DNA of 57,482 bases from Pseudomonadales bacterium (GTDB lineage Bacteria > Patescibacteriota > Microgenomatia > UBA1400 > PJMF01). The stretch is taken from positions 124,734-182,215 of the forward strand of contig JACKFX010000001.1 of the NCBI GenBank assembly GCA_020632255.1, read 5' to 3'. A program made the translations under genes and the position numbers. Positions 17,092 through 27,865 of this stretch are shown here, piece by piece; position 1 is the stretch's first letter; the number at the start of each line of letters is the position of its first letter. The notes under the pieces are model-generated. The model saw only the letters and a program-made list of their open reading frames with translations. It did no database searches and was not told the DNA's origin.

Positions 17092-17991
17092 TTACATCCA
17101 AGCATTTAAGACTTCGGCAAAGAGAGGTGAAGCATCAACAACAGTAACCTTTTCGGGTAAGGATTCATGAGAAATGCTATTGGTGATTACTATGCTGTCT
17201 ATGCTGTCAGTTTGAATACTATCAAGTGCGTTATCAGTGAAAACGCCATGGGTAACTAAAATATGGACTTCGCTGGCTCCTTTTTCTTTAAGGAGCCTAC
17301 TTACTTCAACAACTGTATTGCCAGATAAAATTGAATCGTCAAAAACAACGACTTTTTTACCTTCTACACTTCCACCTTGCATAGAGTTGACACTCACCTC
17401 ACCTGTTGCCAAGTTTCGATGCTTGTCAATATTTACCAGATTAACCCCAAGTGTATCAGCAAACTTACGTGCGCGTTTGAGGCCACCAAAATCAGGACTG
17501 GCTACTACTAGTGATTCAGTTCCAAAGTTGGTTTTGACGTAGTCTGCAAATAGCTCGTTGGCAGAAAGATTTTGCGTTGGAATTGAGAAAAAACCAGGTA
17601 CGCTGCTGTTATGCAAATCAAGTAAAGCAACTCGTTTTACATAGCTATTGGAAACAAGATCTGCCACAACTTTGGCAGCAATTGGTTCTCCAGTTCTAAA
17701 AACTTTGTCTTGAAGGGAGTAGCCCATCCATGGAATGACTGCATTGACATGACGAACTCCGAGTCGTTCAAGTGCATCAGTAATCAGCAAAAACTCCATG
17801 ATGTTTTCATCCGTTGGATGAGAAAAAGACTGAACAAAAACAACGTTCTCACCTGCGAGCTGGTCTTTAATCCAAACTCGTTTTTCCCCATTGGAAAATG
17901 TTGAGATATCAACGGCAACTGACTCTATCCCCAAGTGTTTTTGAAGCGATTGGGCAAATGCGGAGTGTGATGAGCCAGTAATGATTTTCAT
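17092..17991 (-). CDS. prs: Ribose-phosphate pyrophosphokinase
   Basis: FSNGEKRV, IPWMGYSLQDK, LDLHN, VASPDFGG, VFDDSILSGNT, VTHGVF. Confidence 0.97.
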   Translation of the reverse strand: MKIITGSSHSAFAQSLQKHLGIESVAVDISTFSNGEKRVWIKDQLAGENVVFVQSFSHPTDENIMEFLLITDALERLGVRHVNAVIPWMGYSLQDKVFRTGEPIAAKVVADLVSNSYVKRVALLDLHNSSVPGFFSIPTQNLSANELFADYVKTNFGTESLVVASPDFGGLKRARKFADTLGVNLVNIDKHRNLATGEVSVNSMQGGSVEGKKVVVFDDSILSGNTVVEVSRLLKEKGASEVHILVTHGVFTDNALDSIQTDSIDSIVITNSISHESLPEKVTVVDASPLFAEVLNAWM

Positions 17992-18020
17992 ACTGACTAT
18001 TGTACCTCATTACCCTTCTT

Positions 18021-20963
18021 TTAGCCATGATGCTCGGGAGCATCGATCAATCCACATTTTTTGTATTTCAATCCACTCCCGCAAGGACATGGATCATTAC
18101 GCTTAATCTTAGCTTTTTTAACTCCAGGAGTCGCTTTTTTAGTAGCTTTGGCTGAACCCAGTGCAGATGCTAGGTCTCCAAGTGAGCCTTGAGTCGTTTG
18201 AGGGGCTTTCCTTTGTACAGTGGCTTCGACATTTGAGACAGCAGCAGCCAAGTTTGAGCTCGATTCTGCCTTTTGTTCAACAGCTTGCTTTTGAGGTGCA
18301 TTTTCTACTTTTTGTTGGACACCTCTGAGTTGTACTCGGAAAAGTTTGTTAGCAATGGTGCTTTGAATAGAGTTGATTAAGTCTTCAAACATAGCAAATC
18401 CTTCTTTCTTATATTCCGATAAGACCGTCTTTTTGTCACCACGGAGCCAAATACCTTCACGGAGCGAATCCATGGCATCTAAGTGATCCATCCACTTTTC
18501 ATCGATGGTTGAAAGAGTCACGAGTCTTTCAAGTGTAGATAAATGTTCTTCTCCAAGGGCTTTCTCACGGGACTCATATGCATCAAGAGCAATCTTAATG
18601 AGAGTTTCTTCAAGATCATCAGCAGTAGTGAGAGTTTTGACCAACTGTTGCTGTGAAGCATGATCAAATGGAATGAGTTTGGAGAATTCATTTACTAGTT
18701 CGTGGTATTCTTCGTTTTCGCCTTCTGTTGGAGCATGGAGCGCCGCAATACCGCGAACTTCGTCCTCGATGTAACCGAGAATTTGATCGTGAAGACTTTC
18801 TTGGTCTTCTCCAACATTTTTAGTACTTGCCTGTGTAAGCAATCGACGGCGGCGTTCATAAATAATTTCACGCTGTTTGTTCATGACGTCATCAAACTCT
18901 ACTAAGCGTTTGCGTTGGTCAAAGAAGAAGCCCTCAACTTTTACCTGTGCTGACTCAATCGATTTACTAACCATGCCATGCTCGATAGGCTGGTTTTCAT
19001 CAATTTTGAGCATGTCCATGACTTTAGCAATTTGTTCGCCACCGAAAATGCGCATGATTTCATCTTCGAGTGCCACAAAGAATTGTGACGCACCTGGATC
19101 ACCTTGACGACCAGAACGACCACGAAGCTGGTTATCAATACGGCGTGATTCATGACGCTCGGTGCCCAACACGAAAAGTCCACCAAGTTTCTTAACTTCA
19201 TCATGTTCTTGTTTCCAAGTATCTAGGTCTTTCGCATAGGCTGAAAGTTTATAGTTGAGTGGATTGACTGAAGGCGGCACTTGAACGCCAAACTCCTCCA
19301 GGAGTTCTTTGCGTTCTTTTATAGTGGGTTGAGATGTGGCACGAGTTTTTTTGCGATATTCCTTGAGCTCTGGAGCTGCTCCCCCCAGTACGATATCGAC
19401 TCCACGACCGGCAATGTTTGTTGCCACAGTGATGGCACCCTTTTTACCAGCATCAGAAATTATGAATGCTTCTTTCTCATGGTTTTTTGCATTCAAAATT
19501 TGGTGAGGAATATTTTTACGCTTCAAGAAGCTTGAAATAATTTGGTTATGTTCAATCGATTTGGTACCAATCAAAATTGGTTGACCAGTTGCATGAATTC
19601 GAGCGACTTCCGAACTGATCGCAGAGTACTTGGCTGCAGTGGTTTTATAGACAATGTCGGGCTTATCTTCACGAATAACTGGTTTATTTGTTGGTACAAC
19701 CAGCACTTCGATCCCGTAGATTTGCATGAATTCTTCTGCTTCAGTTTGAGCCGTACCAGTCATACCGCTTAGCTTTTTGTAGAGACGGAAGTAGTTCTGG
19801 ATTGAAATAGTGGCTAGAGTGCGAGATTCGTTCTGAATGGTGGCACCCTCTTTTGCTTCGATAGCCTGATGTAAACCATCAGAGTAGCGACGTCCATACA
19901 TCAATCGACCAGTGTGTTCATCAACAATGATAACCTCACCTTCACGGACAATGTAGTCCTTATCGCGCTTGAAAATTGTTTTTGCCTTAAGTGCAGATTC
20001 AATGTGGTGGATAGTATCAAAACTTTCCTCATAAAGGTTTGAAACACCAAGTTTTTTCTCAATTCGTTTAACACCAAGATCTGTTAAGGTAACTGAGCGA
20101 GCTTTTTCGTCAATTGTGTAGTCCACATCTCTGGCAAGGATGGTGACCATTTTAGCGTAATCGTAGTACTGTTTTGTTGGTGTGGCGTCTGGGGCAGAAA
20201 TAATCAATGGGGTACGAGCTTCATCGATCAAAATTGAGTCTGCTTCGTCAACAATGGTGTAGTGATGCGCGTTATCAAAACGTTGAACCATTTGTTCTTC
20301 TTGTTGCACCATGTTGTCGCGAAGGTAATCAAAACCGAACTCATTATTTGTTCCGTAGGTGATGTCCGCTGCGTAGGCTTCTCGGCGGCTGATATTCTGG
20401 AAGTGCTCAAGACGTTCATCACCGCGTTCTTCACTATCAATTTCAGGGTTATAGAGGCGTGAGTGGTCGTGCACAATTACAGCAATTGAAAGGCCGAGGA
20501 AGTGGTAGACTGGTCCCATCCAACCTGTGCCGAGCTCTGCTAGGTAGTCATTGACGGTAATTAAATGAGCACCCTTGCCAAGTAACGCATTAAGATACAA
20601 AGGAGCGGTAACGGTGAGTGTTTTACCTTCACCTGTACGCTGCTCGGTGATCATACCTTTGTGTAGCGCAATTCCTGCAATCAATTGGACGTCATAGTGA
20701 CGCATACCCAGTACACGACGACTGGCTTCACGTACGGTTGCAAATGCTTCTGGTAAAAGCTCATCCAGCACTTCTGCTTCAGTTTTGCCGTTTTGTATGC
20801 TTTCTGCGATGCGTTTTTTGAACTCCTGCGTTTTTTTAGCAAGTTGGTTGTCGGTGAGTTTTTGAAAATCTGGTTCAATTGTATTAATTTTATCAACAAT
20901 TCCTTGAAAAGAATCAAGATTCTTTTTATTATCGTCAAAGAGGTTGGAAATGAATTTAAACAT
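18021..20963 (-). CDS. secA: Preprotein translocase subunit SecA
   Basis: RTGEGKTL, DEADSILIDEARTPLIIS, GMTGTA, ATNIAGRGVDI, RRIDNQLRGRSGRQGDPG; SEC-C motif RNDPCPCGSGLKYKKC. Confidence 0.99.
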   Translation of the reverse strand: MFKFISNLFDDNKKNLDSFQGIVDKINTIEPDFQKLTDNQLAKKTQEFKKRIAESIQNGKTEAEVLDELLPEAFATVREASRRVLGMRHYDVQLIAGIALHKGMITEQRTGEGKTLTVTAPLYLNALLGKGAHLITVNDYLAELGTGWMGPVYHFLGLSIAVIVHDHSRLYNPEIDSEERGDERLEHFQNISRREAYAADITYGTNNEFGFDYLRDNMVQQEEQMVQRFDNAHHYTIVDEADSILIDEARTPLIISAPDATPTKQYYDYAKMVTILARDVDYTIDEKARSVTLTDLGVKRIEKKLGVSNLYEESFDTIHHIESALKAKTIFKRDKDYIVREGEVIIVDEHTGRLMYGRRYSDGLHQAIEAKEGATIQNESRTLATISIQNYFRLYKKLSGMTGTAQTEAEEFMQIYGIEVLVVPTNKPVIREDKPDIVYKTTAAKYSAISSEVARIHATGQPILIGTKSIEHNQIISSFLKRKNIPHQILNAKNHEKEAFIISDAGKKGAITVATNIAGRGVDIVLGGAAPELKEYRKKTRATSQPTIKERKELLEEFGVQVPPSVNPLNYKLSAYAKDLDTWKQEHDEVKKLGGLFVLGTERHESRRIDNQLRGRSGRQGDPGASQFFVALEDEIMRIFGGEQIAKVMDMLKIDENQPIEHGMVSKSIESAQVKVEGFFFDQRKRLVEFDDVMNKQREIIYERRRRLLTQASTKNVGEDQESLHDQILGYIEDEVRGIAALHAPTEGENEEYHELVNEFSKLIPFDHASQQQLVKTLTTADDLEETLIKIALDAYESREKALGEEHLSTLERLVTLSTIDEKWMDHLDAMDSLREGIWLRGDKKTVLSEYKKEGFAMFEDLINSIQSTIANKLFRVQLRGVQQKVENAPQKQAVEQKAESSSNLAAAVSNVEATVQRKAPQTTQGSLGDLASALGSAKATKKATPGVKKAKIKRNDPCPCGSGLKYKKCGLIDAPEHHG

Positions 20964-21070
20964 ACGATTCTTTCTGATTGTGCGGGTGTGTTCGAAGGGT
21001 AATTATACCCCACTCCGCTGTGCATTTATAGCAGAAACTCGAGTTAAAATGAAGGCCCGGTTGCGTTGAC

Positions 21071-21099
21071 TGTGCGCCAGGCAGTATGCCTGGCGCACA
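21071..21099. repeat. REP-like palindrome just downstream of the serS stop
   Basis: TGTGCGCCAGGCA-GTA-TGCCTGGCGCACA, 13-bp perfect inverted repeat. Confidence 0.85.
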
Positions 21100-21111
21100 T
21101 CCTCACCGAGT

Positions 21112-22389
21112 TCATTTTTTAGTTATGCGATCTGTTCCCACAAAGTCCCGCAGGACTTCTGGTACCACAATACTGCCATCAGCTTGCTGATAGTTTTCAA
21201 TTACCGCAGCTAGTAAACGTGGAGTTGCTGCCATAGTGTTATTTAAGGTGTACACGTGTTTTGTTGTACCATCTTTTGCCTGATACTTAATGCCTAGCCG
21301 GCGTGACTGAAAGTCATTAAAGTAACTGGCTGAGTGGGTTTCGCGATACTTATTTTGGCCTGGGAACCAAGTTTCAATGTCATACTTTTTGCGTTGTCCT
21401 GCCCCCATATCTCCTGTACACATTAACAGAACCTGGTATGAAAGACCGAGGTCTTTTAGAAGTTGTTCGGCAAATGCAGTCATTTTTTCGTGCCACTTCT
21501 GAGTTTCTTCTTCGTCAGCCACTGTGTAGACCACTTGCTCAACTTTATTGAACTGGTGGACACGAATGATACCCTGGGTATCTTTTCCATGTGTTCCGAC
21601 TTCGCGGCGGAAACATGGTGAGATACCTACCATCTTGACTGGCAAGTCGGCTTCTGTTAGGGTTTCCCCCATTCGATATGCTGTGAGTGCAACTTCGGCA
21701 GTTCCTGCTAAAATTTGGCCATCTTGAGTTTTGTAATGGTCCTCTACTCCCCAAGGGAAGTAACCGGTTCCTTCCATGGCATCGTGGTTAACTAAAATTG
21801 GAGCGGTGAATGGCGTAAAGCCCTCTTTAGTCAGCAACTTCATGGCATAGGCAAGAATCGCTTGTTCTAGTAAGACGGCTTCATTCTTGAGAAAATAGCT
21901 TCTAAATCCACCAATGCGGACAGCTCGAACAGTATCGACAAGATCTAACGCTTCCATGAGCTCATGGTGTTGTTTTGGTTCAAAATCGAAGGTGGGCACG
22001 TCACCAACAGTGCGAACAACAACATTACCTTCTTCATCTTCACCAACTGGAACTTCTTCTGCAGGAACATTGGGAATGCTGTACATAAGTGTAGTGAAGT
22101 CTTCTTCGGCTATCTTGAGTTCAGGTTCAATTGCTTGTAGCTGTGTTTTGATATCTTTTCCTTTTGCAATTAACTCAACTGAGGGCTTACCTTGCTGCGC
22201 AACCTCCTGTTTGACTGCATCTGCATTTTGATTAGCTCGCTGACGGAGACCATCTACTTCAACCTGAAGTTTACGGCGTCTTTCATCCACAGCCAATAGT
22301 TCAGCCACAACTGAAACATCGAGCTGTTTATTCTTGCAAGCTGTTTCGACTGTTTTTTGGTTATCTCTGATGAATTGAATATCCAACAT
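21112..22389 (-). CDS. serS: Seryl-tRNA synthetase
   Basis: MLDIQFIR start, N-terminal coiled coil, GTAEV, FRREVGTHGKDTQGIIRVHQFNKVEQ, TLNNT, IENYQQADG. Confidence 0.98.
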   Translation of the reverse strand: MLDIQFIRDNQKTVETACKNKQLDVSVVAELLAVDERRRKLQVEVDGLRQRANQNADAVKQEVAQQGKPSVELIAKGKDIKTQLQAIEPELKIAEEDFTTLMYSIPNVPAEEVPVGEDEEGNVVVRTVGDVPTFDFEPKQHHELMEALDLVDTVRAVRIGGFRSYFLKNEAVLLEQAILAYAMKLLTKEGFTPFTAPILVNHDAMEGTGYFPWGVEDHYKTQDGQILAGTAEVALTAYRMGETLTEADLPVKMVGISPCFRREVGTHGKDTQGIIRVHQFNKVEQVVYTVADEEETQKWHEKMTAFAEQLLKDLGLSYQVLLMCTGDMGAGQRKKYDIETWFPGQNKYRETHSASYFNDFQSRRLGIKYQAKDGTTKHVYTLNNTMAATPRLLAAVIENYQQADGSIVVPEVLRDFVGTDRITKK

Positions 22390-22449
22390 AGCACCCTTTC
22401 TGCACATCTTGTGCAAAGATATTTATACTGTGCTTTGTAGTTGAGGTAC

Positions 22450-22620
22450 AAAAAAACTCTTACCCACGGCCACAAAGCTATGAAGTAAGAGGGTTCAAGT
22501 TTGTGACAAGAACGGTGCCACCTCTTTATACTCATTCCAGCTGTGACGGGCATACCCGGCATGGTTTTTGACCCCATGCAGCATTGGCAGGTGCTAGCTA
22601 CCTCAAGTGCTTTTTTTTAA
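22450..22620 (-). promoter_or_regulatory. Compact T-box riboswitch leader of serS
   Basis: Antiterminator AAGAGG-UGGCACC-GUUC...GAAC-CCUCUU; terminator CUCUUAC...GUAAGAG-U7; stem IIA/B-like CGGGUAUGCCCGUCACAGC; TGCTATACT at 22628-22636. Confidence 0.92.
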
Positions 22621-22785
22621 TAGGAGTAGTATAGCAGAAATTAGTTTTTTGTGAAGTTAGTAGGCAGATCCTTTTTTGTGAGTTTTAGGATGGTCACCAT
22701 ACGCCCCTGAATTAAATAGATCTTCACTTGCTTTTTGTGAAAGTTCATCTTGTATCTGACTTGGTGTAGGAGTTCTTGGAAGAGC

Positions 22786-23157
22786 TCATTTTTTTCCTAC
22801 AGCTAAAGCAGCTTCTTGTTCTGCTATTTCAGCTGGGGCAAGGTATCTTTTACCTCGTTGCCATTTTTCCCAGTCTGATATAGCATTGAAAATTGGATCG
22901 AGTTCTGCTCTCACTCTTTCATCAATTTCCATATGGTACGTGTATTCTGTTGCGCCAAGTAACGCATCTTGCATTGCTACACGGAGCTGTTGAGCTGCAG
23001 CCAATTCTCTTGCTTCATGAGTTTGTTCAACTTGAAGGCGTTTACCAATAAGGCGATGGTCACTCTCTCTATGACGTGGTGACTTTTCCCGATGAATCTG
23101 TTTTCTTGGGGTGAGGTGTACGTCTGTTGCTGGAAAATATTCTCTTGGTCTTTGCAC
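22786..23157 (-). CDS. Hypothetical protein
   Basis: ORF of about 123 aa; GTG at 23157 lies 8 nt after TGCTATTCT; no recognised motif. Confidence 0.55.
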   Translation of the reverse strand: MQRPREYFPATDVHLTPRKQIHREKSPRHRESDHRLIGKRLQVEQTHEARELAAAQQLRVAMQDALLGATEYTYHMEIDERVRAELDPIFNAISDWEKWQRGKRYLAPAEIAEQEAALAVGKK

Positions 23158-23215
23158 TTCATTCAAGAATAGCACCTTTTTATGGTGCTATTCTAGAGTA
23201 ATTTCAAATGTAATT

Positions 23216-25303
23216 TTATTTTGAAAAGACTTCAATCAAAAAGGCAAAATGTTCATCAGCAGTCTTGCCAATTAACTCCAACCCTTCAGCAATGTCTTCT
23301 CTACTTACATTGGCTGCAAAGGCTTTAGCCTTGAGTTTCTTCTTGATAGATTTTGGTTTCATACCTTCAAGACCAGTTGGTCGCATCAGTGCGATAGCAT
23401 TGATAAAACCAGAGATTTCGTCACAGGCAAATAAATATCGATCTAAGGTTGTGATTGGTTCGCGTCCTGTTCTACTTGGTGCGTGCGCAGCAATGGCATC
23501 AAGAAGCGGTTGTGGATACTCTTTCAAAATTTCATTGATGGCTCTGTTTGGATGCTCATCGGGATACATCTCCCAGTCTAGGTCATGCAGGAGGCCGGTT
23601 TGGTACCAGAGTTCTACATCTTCACCAAGTTCCTGTGCATACGCTTCCATAGCTTGAGCTACCATGCGGCAATGTTTTCGTAGGGCTTCATCTTTGATAT
23701 ATTTTTCTACCAAAGTTTCGGCTTGCTCACGTGGAGGGATTTCAACTGATTCAGTTTTAGAAGTTTTTGAGGTTCCTGCATTAATTGAAGTGAGCGGGCG
23801 TAAAGTTGGGAAGGCGATAACTTCTTTAATGCTCCAAGTGTTAGTAAGGAACATAACCAGACGATCTATTCCCATACCAATTCCACCAAGTGGTGGCATA
23901 CCATGTTCCATAGCTTCGAGAAAGTCTTCATCAAGTGGGTGAGCTTGGGTGTCTCCATGACGCATATTAGTTTGCTCATTTTCCCAAATCTTGCGTTGGT
24001 CAACGGCGTCAACGATCTCACTCCAACCGTCGGCAAGTTCTTTTCCGCCGATGTAGGCTTCAAAGCGCTCTGCAAACTCAGGGTTGCTACGGTGTTGTTT
24101 TGAAAGTGGAGAAATATCGCGTGGGTAGTCAACAATCCAGATTGGAGCAATTAAGTGTGGGGTGACTAACTCATCAAAAAGTTCAAACAATGCTTTTCCT
24201 CGAGTGTACTCACTTTTGAGTTCAATTTTGTGCTCTGCCATTAAAGCTTTCACCTCAGCATCACTCAAAGATTCAAAGTCGATGTTGGCGTGCTGTTTGA
24301 GGGCTTCATCCATGCGTACTCGAGGCCATTTACCCCCAATGTCGATGGTTTTTTCACCAACGATGATTTCATAGTTCCCATAAAGCTTATGTGCCAGGTG
24401 TTTAACTAATGCTTCAGCAACATTCATTATTCGAGTGTAGTCAGCATAAGATTCGTACCATTCAATCATGGTGAATTCAGGTTGGTGGGTTTGGTCAATT
24501 CCCTCATTTCGAAAGTTACGTGCAATCTCAAAGACTCTATCGTATCCACCCACAATCAGCCGTTTTAGATAAAGCTCTGGGGCGATACGAAGGTAAAAAT
24601 CACTATCAAGCGCATCCATGTGGGTAGTAAATGGTGTTGCATTGGTTCCACCATAAAGTGGTTGGAGAATTGGAGTTTCAACCTCCACAAAGTCATGGCT
24701 ATCCTGCAGGAAACGTCGAATTTCTTTTTCAATCAGCCAACGAGCGTCCAAGACACGTTTGGTTTCTGGATTAATGAGCATATCTAGATACCGTTTTCTG
24801 AAACGAACCTCTTTACTGTCTGCAGCATTAAAGGCAGTTGGAATTGGGCGAAGAGCTTTTGAGAGTAAGGTGATTTCTTTAGCAAGAATAGTAATTTCAC
24901 CAGTCCTTGTGGTGATAACAGTGCCTGTCACCCCGAGGTAATCTCCGCGGTCAGTGAGGTTTTTGAGCCAGTCAAAGCTATTTTCAGTAATTTCTCCTTG
25001 TCTGACCATGACTTGAATGTTGGTGGTTGAGTCTTGGAGATCTGCAAAGATTACTTTTCCATGCGCCCGAACAGACATAATCCGTCCTGCAGTGGTCACT
25101 TCTTGGTCCATCATTTCACGAACTTCAGCAATAGTGTTTTGTTTATCGAAAAAATGAGGGTGAACGTTAATGCCCAGCCCTTCGAGCTGAGCACGTTTTT
25201 CTTTTTTGGCTTGAATTGTTTCGTCCATTCGTGACATACCGGCAGTCCTTCTTGAGTTTCGTACTTGGTCTTTTTGGTTATTTTCTGCGTTTTGATTATA
25301 CAT
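23216..25303 (-). CDS. lysS: Class II lysyl-tRNA synthetase fused to a C-terminal HD-domain hydrolase
   Basis: OB domain (AGRIMSVRAHGK), FVEVETP, YLRIAPELYLKRL, FRNEG..THQPEFT, GIGMGIDRL; then about 170 aa with KHCRMV...GLLHDLD. Start may be 25237. Confidence 0.95.
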   Translation of the reverse strand: MYNQNAENNQKDQVRNSRRTAGMSRMDETIQAKKEKRAQLEGLGINVHPHFFDKQNTIAEVREMMDQEVTTAGRIMSVRAHGKVIFADLQDSTTNIQVMVRQGEITENSFDWLKNLTDRGDYLGVTGTVITTRTGEITILAKEITLLSKALRPIPTAFNAADSKEVRFRKRYLDMLINPETKRVLDARWLIEKEIRRFLQDSHDFVEVETPILQPLYGGTNATPFTTHMDALDSDFYLRIAPELYLKRLIVGGYDRVFEIARNFRNEGIDQTHQPEFTMIEWYESYADYTRIMNVAEALVKHLAHKLYGNYEIIVGEKTIDIGGKWPRVRMDEALKQHANIDFESLSDAEVKALMAEHKIELKSEYTRGKALFELFDELVTPHLIAPIWIVDYPRDISPLSKQHRSNPEFAERFEAYIGGKELADGWSEIVDAVDQRKIWENEQTNMRHGDTQAHPLDEDFLEAMEHGMPPLGGIGMGIDRLVMFLTNTWSIKEVIAFPTLRPLTSINAGTSKTSKTESVEIPPREQAETLVEKYIKDEALRKHCRMVAQAMEAYAQELGEDVELWYQTGLLHDLDWEMYPDEHPNRAINEILKEYPQPLLDAIAAHAPSRTGREPITTLDRYLFACDEISGFINAIALMRPTGLEGMKPKSIKKKLKAKAFAANVSREDIAEGLELIGKTADEHFAFLIEVFSK

Positions 25304-25416
25304 GATTTATTTTTTATCCTCTTGGCCAATTTCAATTTGTGTTGATGTATGTGTGATTTGTGTGGTATTTGGCATTGGTTTTTCTTTTTTTTGGGTCTAA
25401 TCTACTAAATGGCATT

Positions 25417-25443
25417 AAAAAACCCCGCTGTGTGCGGGGTTTT
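25417..25443. terminator. Bidirectional terminator-like hairpin after greA
   Basis: AAAAAA-CCCCGC-TGTGT-GCGGGG-TTTT. Confidence 0.8.
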
Positions 25444-25460
25444 GATTTTATGTTAAGGTA

Positions 25461-25949
25461 TTATTTTATTTCTACAATTCTGTATTCAATCTCACCCGCT
25501 GGAGCATTAAACACAGCCTTATCACCCTTCTTCTTACCAACAAGGGCTTCTCCTAACGGTGATCCGACGGATATTTTACCTTCTGTTGGGTTTGCTTCAA
25601 ACTCACCAACTACATAGAGTGTTTTTTTGTCTTTTGAGCCTTTTTTGCTGACGACAACTGTTGAACCAACTCCAATAGTGCTTTTGCTTCGAGTGTTTTT
25701 GACGACGACTGAGCGGGCAATGATGCCTTCAATCTCTTCTATTCTGGTTTCAATAAACTCTTGCTCTTCTTTTGCGCTGTGGTATTCGGCGTTTTCAGAG
25801 AGATCGCCGTACTCACGAGCTTTTGCTACACGTTTAATAACGGCGACGAGTTTTTGTTCTTTGAGTTCTGACAACTCTTGTGTGAGTTCATCGAGACCCT
25901 CTTTGGTAAGTTCAATTTGGTTTGGTTTGTCATTCTTAGTCATTGACAT
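25461..25949 (-). CDS. greA: Transcription elongation factor GreA
   Basis: AREYGDLSENAEYHSAKEEQ, ISVGSPLGEAL. Confidence 0.96.
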   Translation of the reverse strand: MSMTKNDKPNQIELTKEGLDELTQELSELKEQKLVAVIKRVAKAREYGDLSENAEYHSAKEEQEFIETRIEEIEGIIARSVVVKNTRSKSTIGVGSTVVVSKKGSKDKKTLYVVGEFEANPTEGKISVGSPLGEALVGKKKGDKAVFNAPAGEIEYRIVEIK

Positions 25950-26020
25950 AATGTTCCTAGTATACCTGGTCTTTTTGATGTCGCAAGCGGAAAACGTTTC
26001 TTCTTGATAATGTCGAGGAG

Positions 26021-26440
26021 TTATACTCCTGAGGTACCTCGTTTTTGAGCGACTTTGATTTCGAGCATGGCTCGTTTGAGAGAAGCTTCAGCTAAAATCA
26101 GCTCTCTGCGATCCTCTGAAATCTTCATAGTTTCTTTGGCTGCAGCAATAGCTTCTTCTGCCTGTTTGACACTGATGTCACGAGCGAGAGTAGCGGTATC
26201 AACCATGACAATAACTTCATTGTTAGGATTAACTGTTAAAAAGCCTTCCGAGACAACAATGGAGTGCTCTTTATCGCCTTCCAAATATCTTAGCTCGCCA
26301 GTTTGTAACTGGGTAAACAGTGGAATGTGACGAGCCAAGACAGTTATTTCACCTTGTGTTGTCACAGCAGAAACTGACTCGACTTCAGTTTCGAGTAGTT
26401 TCTTTTCTTGTGAGACAACAGTCAGTTTGAGTTTTTGCAT
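26021..26440 (-). CDS. atpC: ATP synthase F1 epsilon subunit
   Basis: GEITVLARHIPL; operon position. Confidence 0.93.
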   Translation of the reverse strand: MQKLKLTVVSQEKKLLETEVESVSAVTTQGEITVLARHIPLFTQLQTGELRYLEGDKEHSIVVSEGFLTVNPNNEVIVMVDTATLARDISVKQAEEAIAAAKETMKISEDRRELILAEASLKRAMLEIKVAQKRGTSGV

Positions 26441-26443
26441 GTG

Positions 26444-27865
<1,422 letters not shown>

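Noticed and set aside
25304-25460. Possible third T-box in front of lysS
   Set aside because: No UGGNACC bulge on the minus strand; only a simple terminator hairpin.
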